Notes under the pieces: model-generated | The model's database searches: none | Told to the model about the DNA's origin: nothing | What the model saw: the letters and a program-made list of their open reading frames with translations, nothing else | Shown here: positions 47,004 through 56,520 of the stretch, one piece after another | Layout: each line of letters opens with the position of its first letter | Position numbering within the stretch: the stretch's first letter is position 1 | Origin: Chitinophagales bacterium | GTDB taxonomy: Bacteria; Bacteroidota; Bacteroidia; Chitinophagales; JADIYW01 | Direction of reading: 5' to 3' | NCBI GenBank assembly: GCA_035438465.1 | Contig: DAORIK010000003.1 | Location: forward strand, 4,886 to 68,885 | DNA: 64,000 nt | Translations under genes and position numbers: made by a program

Positions 47004-47686
47004 TGTTCTTCAAATTTGTACCCGATGCCTTTTACTGTTTTAATTAAATCTTCACCTAATTTTTCACGTAATTTTCTGATGTGAACATCAATGGTTCTGT
47101 CACCCACAATAATATCACGGCCCCAGATTTCATTCAAAATTTCATCTCTCTTGAAAACTTTTCCGGGTTTAGAAGCCAGTAAATACAATAATTCAAACTC
47201 CTTGCGTGGAACAGCCATTTCTTTACCATTGAAGATAATTAGATAACGTTCTCTGTCTATTTGAATATTGCCAACATCTAAAAAAGAGGATTTAGATTCT
47301 TTGGCTTCGTATCTTCTGAGTAAAGCTTTCAAACGGCTTACCAGAACTCTAGGTTTTATAGGTTTACTGATATAATCATCCGCTCCGGTTTCAAAACCTG
47401 CAATCTGAGAATAATCTTCTGTTCGTGCAGTTAGAAATGCAATAATAGTGTGTTCAAATTGTGGCATTTCGCGCATAGTTCTGCAAGCTTCAATGCCATC
47501 CATTTCAGGCATCATCACATCTAATAATACAATATCAGGTTGGTTTTTCTTTGCTTTTTCTAATGCTTGTTTGCCATTTTCAGCAGTTTCCACCAGGAAA
47601 CCTTCTTTTTCAAGATTGTAACTTAAGAATTCAAGAATATCCGGTTCGTCATCAACAACCAGAATTTTAAACGTTTTTTCAGCCAT
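47000..47686 (-). CDS. OmpR/PhoB family response regulator
   Basis: Receiver domain (VDDEPD...LDVMMPEMDG) plus a winged-helix output domain (TIDVHIRKLREKL...GIGYKF). A 4-nt ATGA overlap couples it to the kinase gene. Confidence 0.95.
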   Translation of the reverse strand: MAEKTFKILVVDDEPDILEFLSYNLEKEGFLVETAENGKQALEKAKKNQPDIVLLDVMMPEMDGIEACRTMREMPQFEHTIIAFLTARTEDYSQIAGFETGADDYISKPIKPRVLVSRLKALLRRYEAKESKSSFLDVGNIQIDRERYLIIFNGKEMAVPRKEFELLYLLASKPGKVFKRDEILNEIWGRDIIVGDRTIDVHIRKLREKLGEDLIKTVKGIGYKFEEQ

Positions 47687-47833
47687 TTTTAAAGGATATT
47701 TATAGTGTTAACGCTAAATTAACATAATTTTTTCAATCTACCAATTTTCTACACAAACATATTAATTTTATCGTGTTTTAGTATGTATTTTTACGTTTTA
47801 TTATAAACAATCCGAATTTTCAATCGATAACAC

Positions 47834-48694
47834 ATGAAGGGAATTATTCTAGCAGGTGGCTCAGGAACGCGTCTTTACCCAATCACTTATGCCATTAGCA
47901 AACAAATCATGCCGATTTATGATAAGCCAATGATTTATTATCCGCTATCAGTACTAATGTTGGCTGGCATCAATGAAATTCTCATAATATCTACACCGCA
48001 TGATATGCCAAATTTCCAGCGTTTGTTAGGCGATGGTAAAAAATATGGATGTAATTTTCAGTATGCCATTCAGGAAGTACCGAATGGTTTGGCGCAGGCA
48101 TTTGTAATTGGAAAAGAGTTTATCGGAAACGATAAAGTAGCATTGGTTTTAGGTGATAATATTTTTTATGGTTCGGGACTGGGCGATTTGTTGGAAAAAA
48201 ATAATAATCCAGATGGCGGTGTAATATATGCCTATCATGTTTCTGATCCTGAACGGTATGGTGTGGTAGAATTTGACAGCGATTACAATGCTATCTCCAT
48301 AGAAGAAAAACCTGCTCAACCGAAATCCAATTATGCGGTGCCCGGTTTATATTTTTATGACAATGAGGTAATAAAAATTGCGGAAGAATTGAAACCGAGT
48401 CCGCGCGGCGAATACGAAATTACTGACATCAACAAAATTTATCTGGAAAGAGGCAAGTTAAAAGTTGGCATTTTAGACAGAGGTACTGCCTGGCTAGATA
48501 CCGGAACCTTTGATTCATTGATGCAGGCATCGCAATTTGTGCAAGTGATAGAACAACGACAAGGATTAAAAGTAGGATGCATTGAAGAGGTGGCGTATAG
48601 AAAAGGATTTATTACAAAAGAAGAATTGCATACGATTGCACAGCCCTTATTAAAAAGCGGATACGGGCAATATTTACTGGATATTTTAAAATAG
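47834..48694 (+). CDS. rfbA: glucose-1-phosphate thymidylyltransferase
   Basis: [18 protein letters not shown] with full-length RmlA similarity. Confidence 0.95.
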   Translation: MKGIILAGGSGTRLYPITYAISKQIMPIYDKPMIYYPLSVLMLAGINEILIISTPHDMPNFQRLLGDGKKYGCNFQYAIQEVPNGLAQAFVIGKEFIGNDKVALVLGDNIFYGSGLGDLLEKNNNPDGGVIYAYHVSDPERYGVVEFDSDYNAISIEEKPAQPKSNYAVPGLYFYDNEVIKIAEELKPSPRGEYEITDINKIYLERGKLKVGILDRGTAWLDTGTFDSLMQASQFVQVIEQRQGLKVGCIEEVAYRKGFITKEELHTIAQPLLKSGYGQYLLDILK

Positions 48695-48771
48695 TAATGA
48701 GTAATCAGATGGATACTGAATTAATACTGTCATTCAATAATTCTACAACTCAACAATTCAATAATTAATTC

Positions 48772-49794
48772 ATGAAAGTAATCGTTACAGGCGGCACAGG
48801 TTATATTGGTTCACATACGATAGTGGATTTGATGGAAAACGGATTTGATGTCGTTTGTATCGATAATTTATCACGCTCTAAAGAATATGCACTGACCGGC
48901 ATTGAAAAAATCACCGGCAAAAAACCGGTTTTTTATAATTTTGATTTATGCAATCGTCCTGCTGTTTTTCAGGTAATAAACGAACACAAAGATGCGGTGG
49001 GTATTATTCATTTCGCTGCACTAAAATCAGTTCCTGAGTCCGTAGAAAAACCATTGTTGTATTATGCCAACAATATAGATTCTTTATTGAATATATTGAT
49101 GACAGTGAAAATGCATAATATTCCGAATGTTGTTTTTTCTTCATCCTGTTCGGTGTATGGCAATGCGGATGAATTACCGGTCATAGAAAATACACCGATT
49201 AATACAGCGGAAAGTCCCTATGCGCATACCAAACAAATAGGTGAAGATATTATACGCAATTTTTCTAAAGTAAATACCGCGCAACATATTTTGCTGCGTT
49301 ATTTCAATCCGATTGGTGCACATCCGTCTGCAAACATTGGCGAAATTCCAATTGACAAACCCAATAATTTAGTGCCTTATATTACGCAAACCGCTATTGG
49401 AAAATTAGAACAACTGACAGTCTTTGGGAATGATTATGCTACACGAGACGGTTCCTGCATCCGCGACTATATACATGTGTGTGACATTGCACATGCACAC
49501 ACGTTAGCACTCCAATACTTAATCGATAAGAAGAATACTGAAAATGCAGAAGTCTTTAATTTAGGTTCGGGTAATGGCGTTTCCGTTTTAGAAGCGATTG
49601 CTGCCTTTGAAAAAGTAAGCGGTCAGAAATTAAATTATACTATTGGTGCCCGTCGTGCGGGTGATGTTATGGCGGTGTATGCCAACAACACCAAAGCCAA
49701 TACCCAACTTAACTGGACTTGCCAATACAATTTAGAAGATGCCATGCTCAGTGCCTGGAACTGGGAATTGAAGATGAAAGAGTTAAATCTCTAA
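48772..49794 (+). CDS. galE: UDP-glucose 4-epimerase
   Basis: GGTGYIGSH, the SSSCSVYG region, and catalytic YAHTK (YxxxK). Confidence 0.95.
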   Translation: MKVIVTGGTGYIGSHTIVDLMENGFDVVCIDNLSRSKEYALTGIEKITGKKPVFYNFDLCNRPAVFQVINEHKDAVGIIHFAALKSVPESVEKPLLYYANNIDSLLNILMTVKMHNIPNVVFSSSCSVYGNADELPVIENTPINTAESPYAHTKQIGEDIIRNFSKVNTAQHILLRYFNPIGAHPSANIGEIPIDKPNNLVPYITQTAIGKLEQLTVFGNDYATRDGSCIRDYIHVCDIAHAHTLALQYLIDKKNTENAEVFNLGSGNGVSVLEAIAAFEKVSGQKLNYTIGARRAGDVMAVYANNTKANTQLNWTCQYNLEDAMLSAWNWELKMKELNL

Positions 49795-49901
49795 TGGTAT
49801 TCCCTGAATTTTATCATCAAAGGTTTTTAATGAAGTTTTAGATTTCAATTTTAGTCAGTTTTGTACTATCAAATTATTACAAACAACTAAAATTTAACAT
49901 C

Positions 49902-50330
49902 ATGAAATCAATTATCAAAATCACATTAAGTATCATTGTAGCACTTTCTTTTTTCAGTTTACAATCCTGCAAAAAAGAAGAAACTAAAATCACCCCTGTT
50001 CAAACTCCAGTGCCTGCACCAGTTAATAAAACCATCATCGGAAAATGGAGAGCGGTTAAGGGAACAACTACCATTGAACGTGAATTCATAAGTGGTATTA
50101 ACGGAAATAGCGGAACCGGAAATAATAAAGAAACGATTGTAAGTACCAAGAATGTACAAACAGTAATCACTTCAACATTTAAATGGAATCTTTCAGGCGA
50201 TATATTACATTTTCAAATTGTCGCTGATGAATTCTTCTTTATTCAAATTATCAATAATGGCACGCGACTATTATTATTTGATGAAGCGCACAGAAACCAG
50301 CTACTATTTACCTTTGAAAGAGTTAATTAA
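49902..50330 (+). CDS. hypothetical lipoprotein
   Basis: Lipobox LQSCKK followed by a small beta-rich domain. Confidence 0.55.
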   Translation: MKSIIKITLSIIVALSFFSLQSCKKEETKITPVQTPVPAPVNKTIIGKWRAVKGTTTIEREFISGINGNSGTGNNKETIVSTKNVQTVITSTFKWNLSGDILHFQIVADEFFFIQIINNGTRLLLFDEAHRNQLLFTFERVN

Positions 50331-50398
50331 AATCATAAATCTCACAATAAAATCAGATTATTGAAATCTGCTATTCTTTTTTATTGTATAGCAAGAAA

Positions 50399-50423
50399 GA
50401 TTTCTCGCTACACTCGAAATGAC
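50399..50423 (-). repeat. single unit of the GTCATT...GAAATC repeat family
   Basis: The minus strand reads GTCATTTCGAGTGTAGCGAGAAATC. Confidence 0.55.
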
Positions 50424-50430
50424 AGACTAA

Positions 50431-51735
50431 TCAATAAAAAATCCACTTGCCGATTTCTTTAAATGTAATTTTCTTGCCTTGTATTAAAATACCGATACGG
50501 TAAATTTTTGCAGCCACATAAATCATTCCAAGTGATGAAATCAATAAGATAAACATCGACAATAGCTGCTCCCACCAAGGCACTTGAAACGGAATGCGTG
50601 TAATCATAATAATCGGAGAAGAAAATGGCAGTAAAGAGCCCCAGAAAGCTGCGGATGAAAACGGTTGCGATAAGGTAACCGACATCAGCACCATTGAAAT
50701 AATAATGGGTATGGTAATCGGAAAGGTGAACGATTGCGTATCACTGTCGTCAGTCATCGCTGCACCGATAGCAGCAAATTGCGAAGCATAAAATAAATAA
50801 CCGAAGACAAAATAGAATACAAAGCTAAACAGCATGCGCCCGATATCTAACTGCTGTAATGCATTGGAAATATGGAGTAATAGCTGCGTACTTTCTGAAG
50901 CATTTGCAAACTGATTTGTTTGCTGCATTGTTTGCATTGCCATCATCTTATCTCCTAAAAAAACAGGCAACAGCATATTCACTACTATTGTCAGTACTGC
51001 CCAACCTGTAAATTGTGTTAACCCCACAGCACCAATGCCGATTATCTTTCCTATCATTAACTGAAAAGGTTTTACACTCGTAACCAATACTTCTACAATG
51101 CGGTTCGATTTTTCTTCTGTCACACTGCGCATCACCATAGCGCCATATACAATCAGAAAAATATAAATCAGAAATCCACAAGCGTACCCGAATATTCCGG
51201 CTATCTCGGCACTGCCGTTTTTCTTTTCATTTTTAATAATTTTTTCAAGAGAAACTGCTTTATCAAAAAATGCAATCGTATCAATATTATAATTTCGCAG
51301 CAATAGGGATCTGTTGCGTATTTCTTCCGATATATTTTTTCGGATATGTTCTTCCGTTGTGATGCCTAATTCATTTTCTGAATAATAGGTTATCCCTGAG
51401 GGTTTTTCTAAATCTATTTTGGGTATATATAAAATTCCGTCGCAGTCAATATTCTGATACATATTTTTTAAGGAATCTATTGGCTGCGGATTATTCGTCA
51501 GATATTTAAACCGCAAACTTTCGCCAATATCCATGCCTCTGAATTTATCTTCAAACAAACCACTTTCATCTTTTACAGCGATAGTAAGTTTTTCCTGAGC
51601 ATGAGTGGCAATTTCGACCAATGCAACAGTCATTAATCCAATTAAAAAAGGCAATAACAAAGTCAGCAGAATAAAAGATTTCTTTCTTACTCTTGTAATA
51701 TATTCTCGTTGGATGATGTACCAGATTTTAGTCAT
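50431..51735 (-). CDS. ABC-2 type transporter permease (NatB/YhaP-like)
   Basis: An N-terminal TM helix, a large extracytoplasmic loop, then five C-terminal TM helices. Lies downstream of the ABC ATPase. Confidence 0.8.
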   Translation of the reverse strand: MTKIWYIIQREYITRVRKKSFILLTLLLPFLIGLMTVALVEIATHAQEKLTIAVKDESGLFEDKFRGMDIGESLRFKYLTNNPQPIDSLKNMYQNIDCDGILYIPKIDLEKPSGITYYSENELGITTEEHIRKNISEEIRNRSLLLRNYNIDTIAFFDKAVSLEKIIKNEKKNGSAEIAGIFGYACGFLIYIFLIVYGAMVMRSVTEEKSNRIVEVLVTSVKPFQLMIGKIIGIGAVGLTQFTGWAVLTIVVNMLLPVFLGDKMMAMQTMQQTNQFANASESTQLLLHISNALQQLDIGRMLFSFVFYFVFGYLFYASQFAAIGAAMTDDSDTQSFTFPITIPIIISMVLMSVTLSQPFSSAAFWGSLLPFSSPIIMITRIPFQVPWWEQLLSMFILLISSLGMIYVAAKIYRIGILIQGKKITFKEIGKWIFY

Positions 51736-51751
51736 TGTCTTTTATTTTACA

Positions 51752-51815
51752 GTCATTCCATTATAAAAGAGAATCTCATCATGTTTTATGAGATTCCCAC
51801 TTTCGTGGGAATGAC
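51752..51815. repeat. inverted pair of GTCATTCC...GAATCTC repeat units forming a long hairpin
   Basis: The plus unit is GTCATTCCATTATAAAAGAGAATCTC (51752-51777). The minus unit is GTCATTCCCACGAAAGTGGGAATCTC (reverse complement of 51790-51815). The inner stem pairs GAATCTCAT with ATGAGATTC. Confidence 0.7.
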
Positions 51816-52715
51816 ACTTACATCATTCACCGTTTGTATAAAAATTTCGTTTACGGATGGCAAAATTTCTGTCATACTTGAAATCTCTGCATTATTCTGC
51901 AAGAGCATTTTCAAGATGTCATTTGCTTTTTGACCTTCTTTTAATTTAAAAATAAGGTGTGTATTTGTTTGTTCAATTATATTTGTTTGTGATCTTAAGA
52001 AGTCATTTAGTTCAATATCATTGTTTACATCTACTCTTATTAAATGCTTTTTAAATTGCTGCTTTATTTCTTGCACATTACCATTCAAAATTATTTTCCC
52101 TTTATTAATCAGAAAAATATCTTCACAGATTTCCTCTACATTTTCCATACGGTGTGTAGAAAAAATAACGGTAGTGCCTTTTTGTTGTAATTCAAAAATT
52201 TCGTTCTTAATAGTCTCGGCATTTATCGGATCTAAGCCGGAAAATGGTTCATCTAAAATCAGCAATGCCGGATCATGTAAAACAGTAGCTACAAACTGTA
52301 CCTTTTGCTGCATGCCTTTCGATAGCTCTTCAATAGTTTTATTGCGCCAGCTTTCAATATCTAATTTTTTTAGCCAGAAATTAATTTTGTGCGCAGCTTC
52401 AGCTTTTGTAAAATTTCTTAATCGTGCGAAGTAGTTTAATTGTTCTTCTACTTTCATTTTTTTGTACAAGCCTCTTTCTTCGGGCATGTAACCGATCTGG
52501 TTTTGATGCTTTTCTGAAAGTTTCTCACCATTAAAAAAAATCTGTCCTGAATCGGGAAAAAATATTTGTGTGATATTACGAATAAGTGTAGTTTTTCCTG
52601 CACCATTCGGACCAAGCAATCCGTAAATCTTGTTTTTTTCAACAGACATACTCACGTCTTGCAACGCCTGGTTATTTTGAAAGGATTTGGAAATATGTTG
52701 TACGTCGAGTAACAA
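51786..52715 (-). CDS. ABC transporter ATP-binding protein (NatA-like)
   Basis: Walker A GPNGAGKTT, signature LSKGMQQK, Walker B LLILDEPFSGLD. TTG start. The last ~10 codons (SVIPTKVGIS) are encoded by the repeat unit. Confidence 0.9.
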   Translation of the reverse strand: MLLDVQHISKSFQNNQALQDVSMSVEKNKIYGLLGPNGAGKTTLIRNITQIFFPDSGQIFFNGEKLSEKHQNQIGYMPEERGLYKKMKVEEQLNYFARLRNFTKAEAAHKINFWLKKLDIESWRNKTIEELSKGMQQKVQFVATVLHDPALLILDEPFSGLDPINAETIKNEIFELQQKGTTVIFSTHRMENVEEICEDIFLINKGKIILNGNVQEIKQQFKKHLIRVDVNNDIELNDFLRSQTNIIEQTNTHLIFKLKEGQKANDILKMLLQNNAEISSMTEILPSVNEIFIQTVNDVSVIPTKVGIS

Positions 52716-52746
52716 TGATAGACTATTGAAACAAAGTTATAAGTTA

Positions 52747-52780
52747 TTAGCAGAGTTTCAAATAACTTATACGCAATAAC
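52747..52780 (-). terminator. AT-rich hairpin downstream of dnaJ
   Basis: TATAAGTTATT, a 12-nt loop, AATAACTTATA (11-bp perfect stem). A T-rich tract follows on the minus strand. Confidence 0.4.
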
Positions 52781-52795
52781 TTTTAGTTGATTTCC

Positions 52796-53953
52796 TTAAT
52801 GGAAAAACTTATCGAAGAATCCTTTGTTCTTTTCTTTCTGTGCCTGCGGACTGAAGTTTTTAGAACTTTTAATTTTTTCCAGTAAACTTATTTCTTCAGA
52901 CGTTAAATCCTGTGGTGTAAAAATCTGTACCTCTACAATTTGATCTCCTTTACCATATCCGTTTAAACTCGGAATACCTTTACCCTGTAGTCGGAATAAT
53001 TTTCCGCTTTGTGTTCCTTTGGGTATTTTTATTTTAGCACTTCCGCTAATAGTCGGTACTTCCACCTGTGTGCCCAATGCAGCTTCCGCAAAATTCAAAT
53101 ACAAGGTATGTATTACATTAGTGTCCTCTCGCTTCAATTCAGGGTGAGGCGTTTCCTCCACACTAATCAATAAATCTCCGGGATAACCTCCGCGAATACC
53201 TGCATTTCCCTTGCCATTCATAGACAATTGTATGCCTTCGCTTACTCCGGCCGGAATATCAATACTGATTACTTCTTCGCCATATACTCTGCCTTCGCCT
53301 CTGCACTTCACACATTTATTGGTAATAATTTTTCCTTCGCCTTCGCAGGTTGGGCATGCTGAAGTTGTTGCCATTTGTCCTAAAAAAGTAGAGGTAACTT
53401 TTCTGACAACACCACTTCCGTTACACGTGTTACACGTTTGATAGGAAGAACTGTCTTTTGCGCCAATTCCGCTGCATGTATCACAGGTAATGTGTTTTTT
53501 TACTTTTATTTTTTTCTGTGCACCGTTTGCAATTTCTTCTAAGTCCAGTTTTACTTTTACGCGTAAATTGCTACCCCGCTGCCCTCTACCTCGCTCTTTT
53601 CTTCTTGCTCCACCTCCTCCGAAAAATGATTCAAACGGATTACCGTCGCCACCATTTCCGAAAATATCACCAAACTGCGAAAAGATATCCTCCATGTTCA
53701 TACCGCCGCCGTAGCCTCCACCGTAGCCTCCTGCTGCTCCCTGATGTCCGAAACGATCATATTTTGCTCGTTTGTCATCGTTACTTAAAATATCATACGC
53801 TTCCGCTGCTTCCTTAAATTTTTCTTCCGCTGTTTTGTCTCCCGGATTTCTGTCCGGATGATATTGCAAGGCAAGTTTCCGATACGCTTTTTTGATATCT
53901 TCGCCTGTGGCGTTTTTAGCAACTCCTAATATTTCGTAATAATCTCGTTTCAT
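52796..53953 (-). CDS. dnaJ: molecular chaperone DnaJ
   Basis: J-domain with HPD, a G/F-rich linker, and four CxxCxGxG zinc-finger repeats ([32 protein letters not shown]). Confidence 0.97.
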   Translation of the reverse strand: MKRDYYEILGVAKNATGEDIKKAYRKLALQYHPDRNPGDKTAEEKFKEAAEAYDILSNDDKRAKYDRFGHQGAAGGYGGGYGGGMNMEDIFSQFGDIFGNGGDGNPFESFFGGGGARRKERGRGQRGSNLRVKVKLDLEEIANGAQKKIKVKKHITCDTCSGIGAKDSSSYQTCNTCNGSGVVRKVTSTFLGQMATTSACPTCEGEGKIITNKCVKCRGEGRVYGEEVISIDIPAGVSEGIQLSMNGKGNAGIRGGYPGDLLISVEETPHPELKREDTNVIHTLYLNFAEAALGTQVEVPTISGSAKIKIPKGTQSGKLFRLQGKGIPSLNGYGKGDQIVEVQIFTPQDLTSEEISLLEKIKSSKNFSPQAQKEKNKGFFDKFFH

Positions 53954-54008
53954 CTTTATTAATTAGCTAATGAAATAATTAGCTGATTAGCTAATTATAA
54001 TAATAGAT

Positions 54009-54581
54009 TTATTTTCCAACCACTACTTTTGCGTATCTGATAATAGTATCATTTAATGTGTAGCCGCTTTCTACTTCATCAATAATTTTTCCTTTTTGAG
54101 TTTCATCAGATGCCGGTACTTCCGCTATCGCTTCATGTTGTTCTACATCAAAATCTTTTCCGACGCTCTCTATTACTTTCAATCCCTTATTTTGTAAAGT
54201 TTTTTGAAATTTTTCCTGTATCAACTTCAAGCCGTTTGCATAATTTTCAACATTTTTATCCTGTCCATAAGCCTTATCTGCACGTTGAAAATCATCCAAA
54301 ACCGGAAGCAATTCTCGAATAATTTCTTGACCTGCTGTTTTGAATAGTTCAAGGCGTTCTTTTGCATTACGTTTCTTGAAATTATCAAACTCGGCAAATA
54401 AGCGTAAATACTTATCTTTTTGGTCTTGCAATTCCTGCTTCAATGCCGACAATTCGTCGTTTGTTGAGATTTCCTCTTGGACAGTTTCTTCCTGAATCTG
54501 ACTTTCTGACTGATTTTCAGATTGCTCTGTTATGGTTTCTTCCTGTTGTTTCTTTTCTGCAATATCATTTTCCTCTAACAT
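54009..54581 (-). CDS. grpE: nucleotide exchange factor GrpE
   Basis: Acidic N-terminus, DKYLRLFAEFDNFKKR, and a C-terminal beta domain. Lies upstream of dnaJ. Confidence 0.95.
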   Translation of the reverse strand: MLEENDIAEKKQQEETITEQSENQSESQIQEETVQEEISTNDELSALKQELQDQKDKYLRLFAEFDNFKKRNAKERLELFKTAGQEIIRELLPVLDDFQRADKAYGQDKNVENYANGLKLIQEKFQKTLQNKGLKVIESVGKDFDVEQHEAIAEVPASDETQKGKIIDEVESGYTLNDTIIRYAKVVVGK

Positions 54582-54644
54582 AATTAGATTTTTTACTTTT
54601 TAAGACAAATAGTTTGCCAATAGACGAGTTGCGCCAAATTGACA

Positions 54645-54672
54645 TTAAAAATTACGAATCACTGTCGTAATT
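54645..54672 (-). terminator. candidate terminator after the TlpA-like gene
   Basis: The minus strand reads AATTACGA-CAGTGAT-TCGTAATT followed by TTTAAT. Confidence 0.5.
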
Positions 54673-54680
54673 CCTCTAAA

Positions 54681-55235
54681 TTACTTGCTTTTAGAAGTTG
54701 ATTTTGGCTTTGTAACTGTCTTGGCAGTGCTGAGTTTTTTATTCACTAGTTGTTCTATCAGCTGATGTGGCGGGTTAATCGCAATTACATAACCTGTTTC
54801 ATCTATTAATACAGTTTGGGGAATAGAACGAATACCATATTTCTGCGCTCCTTCAGAATTCCATCCATTTAAATCAGACACGTGATTTGCCCATACCAAA
54901 CCATCTTGTTTTATGGCTTGTTTCCATGCCTCAGCGTTTTGATCCAGTGAAACACTATACACTGTAAACCCTTTTACTCCTTTTACCCATTTCTTTCCCT
55001 GATATTGATTGTATAAAGCCACTACTGCCGGGTTGTTTCTGCGGCAAGGCCCGCACCAGGAAGCCCAGAAATCCAACAACACTATATTGCCTTTTAAAGA
55101 CGATAAAGAAATCAGTTTTCCATTAGGGTCTTTATAATTCAGTTCTGTTGCTTTAGTGCCTATTGCAGGCATCTGGGCACGGGCAGTAAACTGGCTGACA
55201 GCAGCAATAAAAAGTGTAAAAAACAATTTGTTCAT
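54681..55235 (-). CDS. TlpA family thiol:disulfide oxidoreductase
   Basis: Signal peptide and the thioredoxin-fold active site WASWCGPCR. Confidence 0.9.
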   Translation of the reverse strand: MNKLFFTLFIAAVSQFTARAQMPAIGTKATELNYKDPNGKLISLSSLKGNIVLLDFWASWCGPCRRNNPAVVALYNQYQGKKWVKGVKGFTVYSVSLDQNAEAWKQAIKQDGLVWANHVSDLNGWNSEGAQKYGIRSIPQTVLIDETGYVIAINPPHQLIEQLVNKKLSTAKTVTKPKSTSKSK

Positions 55236-55298
55236 TTGTAAAATTTATGATAACAAAGATAGGCAAAATCCATGCCTAAAAAATATAAAATATGTAAA

Positions 55299-55334
55299 GA
55301 AAAAAGCTCCTGTCTTTGTATAAGACAGGAGCTC
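55299..55334 (-). terminator. intrinsic terminator after alkB
   Basis: 12-bp stem AGCTCCTGTCTT/AAGACAGGAGCT with a 5-nt loop. TTTTTT follows on the minus strand. Confidence 0.75.
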
Positions 55335-55359
55335 TATAATCATATATCAATAAATTTGG

Positions 55360-56520
55360 CTACTCCACTTCTGACGGTGTTTCCAATGTATTTACATACT
55401 CATCTGTCACAGTAGCATTGTGTTTTTCCACCAGTGGATTCATTACTTTAAACCATAACGGAGGAATTAACGCGAGCGGAATCATCGCCAGATAACCGGT
55501 AGGCATTTGCGGGGCATGTTCGAAATGTCTTAATATCTGATATTTTCTGCTCGGATTGAAATGATGATCGCTGTGACGTGTCAGTTCAAATAAAAATATA
55601 CGTCCCAGTTCATGACCTGAATTCCAGGAATGATGCGGTTTCACTTTTTCATAAGAACCATTCGGCAATTGTTTTCTCATTAACCCATAATGCTCAATAT
55701 AATTTACAATTTCGAGCAAGGTAAATCCGATAAAGGAAGCTGCTAAAAATCCGGCCAATCCAATCCAGCCGAATACAAGATAAATTGTTACGCAAAACAA
55801 TACCTGTATAATTTGAAAACGTAACATTTCATTATGTAAAGGATTCCAGAAATTTTGTTTCATTTTTTTCAGTCGATGTGCTTCCAAATGCCATGCAGAC
55901 ATCCATGATCCGATTACCGTTCTTGGTAAAAATGCATAAAATGATTCATTAAGTCTTGAAGTTGCCGGATCTAAAGGTGTAGAAACATTCTTATGATGAC
56001 CACGATTGTGTTCAATAAAAAAATGCATATAGCAAGTAGTCATCAACAGCATTTTCGACATAAACTGTTCGTATTTCTTGGTACGGTGTCCAAGTTCGTG
56101 TGCAACATTAATACCTAATGCGCCGCAAGCTGTGCCCATCGCCAGTGTAATTCCCAAATATTCGTACCATTGCAGTGGCTTCGTAGAAATTGTCCATAAA
56201 TAGAACCCTAAAATAATAAACTGCATCGGCACCATTGTATAAATCAGCAAATCGTAATAGATATCTTTACGTTCTGCTGCTTCTTCATCCGGTGTAAAAT
56301 TTTCATCAGTGCCTGTAAAAATAAATTCCATTACCGGTATAAAAATGTAGATAAACGCAAACGCAAAGAATGACCACAAACCCAGGTAAACAAAAGAAAT
56401 ATACATCAACAAAGGGATTATAATAATTGGTGTAAAATATTTATAACGTCGCCAAAATTTATGCAACTTCGTCATTTCACTTTGTCGGGAAAGATTGTTG
56501 TTAATTTGTAGTGTGTTCAT
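55360..56520 (-). CDS. alkB: alkane 1-monooxygenase-type membrane di-iron hydroxylase (AlkB / fatty acid desaturase superfamily)
   Basis: Histidine boxes HELGHR, EHNRGHH and HSDHH, plus the NYIEHYGL motif characteristic of AlkB. Confidence 0.85.
   Translation of the reverse strand: MNTLQINNNLSRQSEMTKLHKFWRRYKYFTPIIIIPLLMYISFVYLGLWSFFAFAFIYIFIPVMEFIFTGTDENFTPDEEAAERKDIYYDLLIYTMVPMQFIILGFYLWTISTKPLQWYEYLGITLAMGTACGALGINVAHELGHRTKKYEQFMSKMLLMTTCYMHFFIEHNRGHHKNVSTPLDPATSRLNESFYAFLPRTVIGSWMSAWHLEAHRLKKMKQNFWNPLHNEMLRFQIIQVLFCVTIYLVFGWIGLAGFLAASFIGFTLLEIVNYIEHYGLMRKQLPNGSYEKVKPHHSWNSGHELGRIFLFELTRHSDHHFNPSRKYQILRHFEHAPQMPTGYLAMIPLALIPPLWFKVMNPLVEKHNATVTDEYVNTLETPSEVE

Noticed and set aside
54582-54680. 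Heat-shock operator (CIRCE) or sigma-54 type promoter upstream of grpE-dnaJ
   Set aside because: There is no TTAGCACTC-N9-GAGTGCTAA-like inverted repeat. The TTGGCGCAA / TTGGCAAAC words do not fit the TGGCAC-N5-TTGC spacing.
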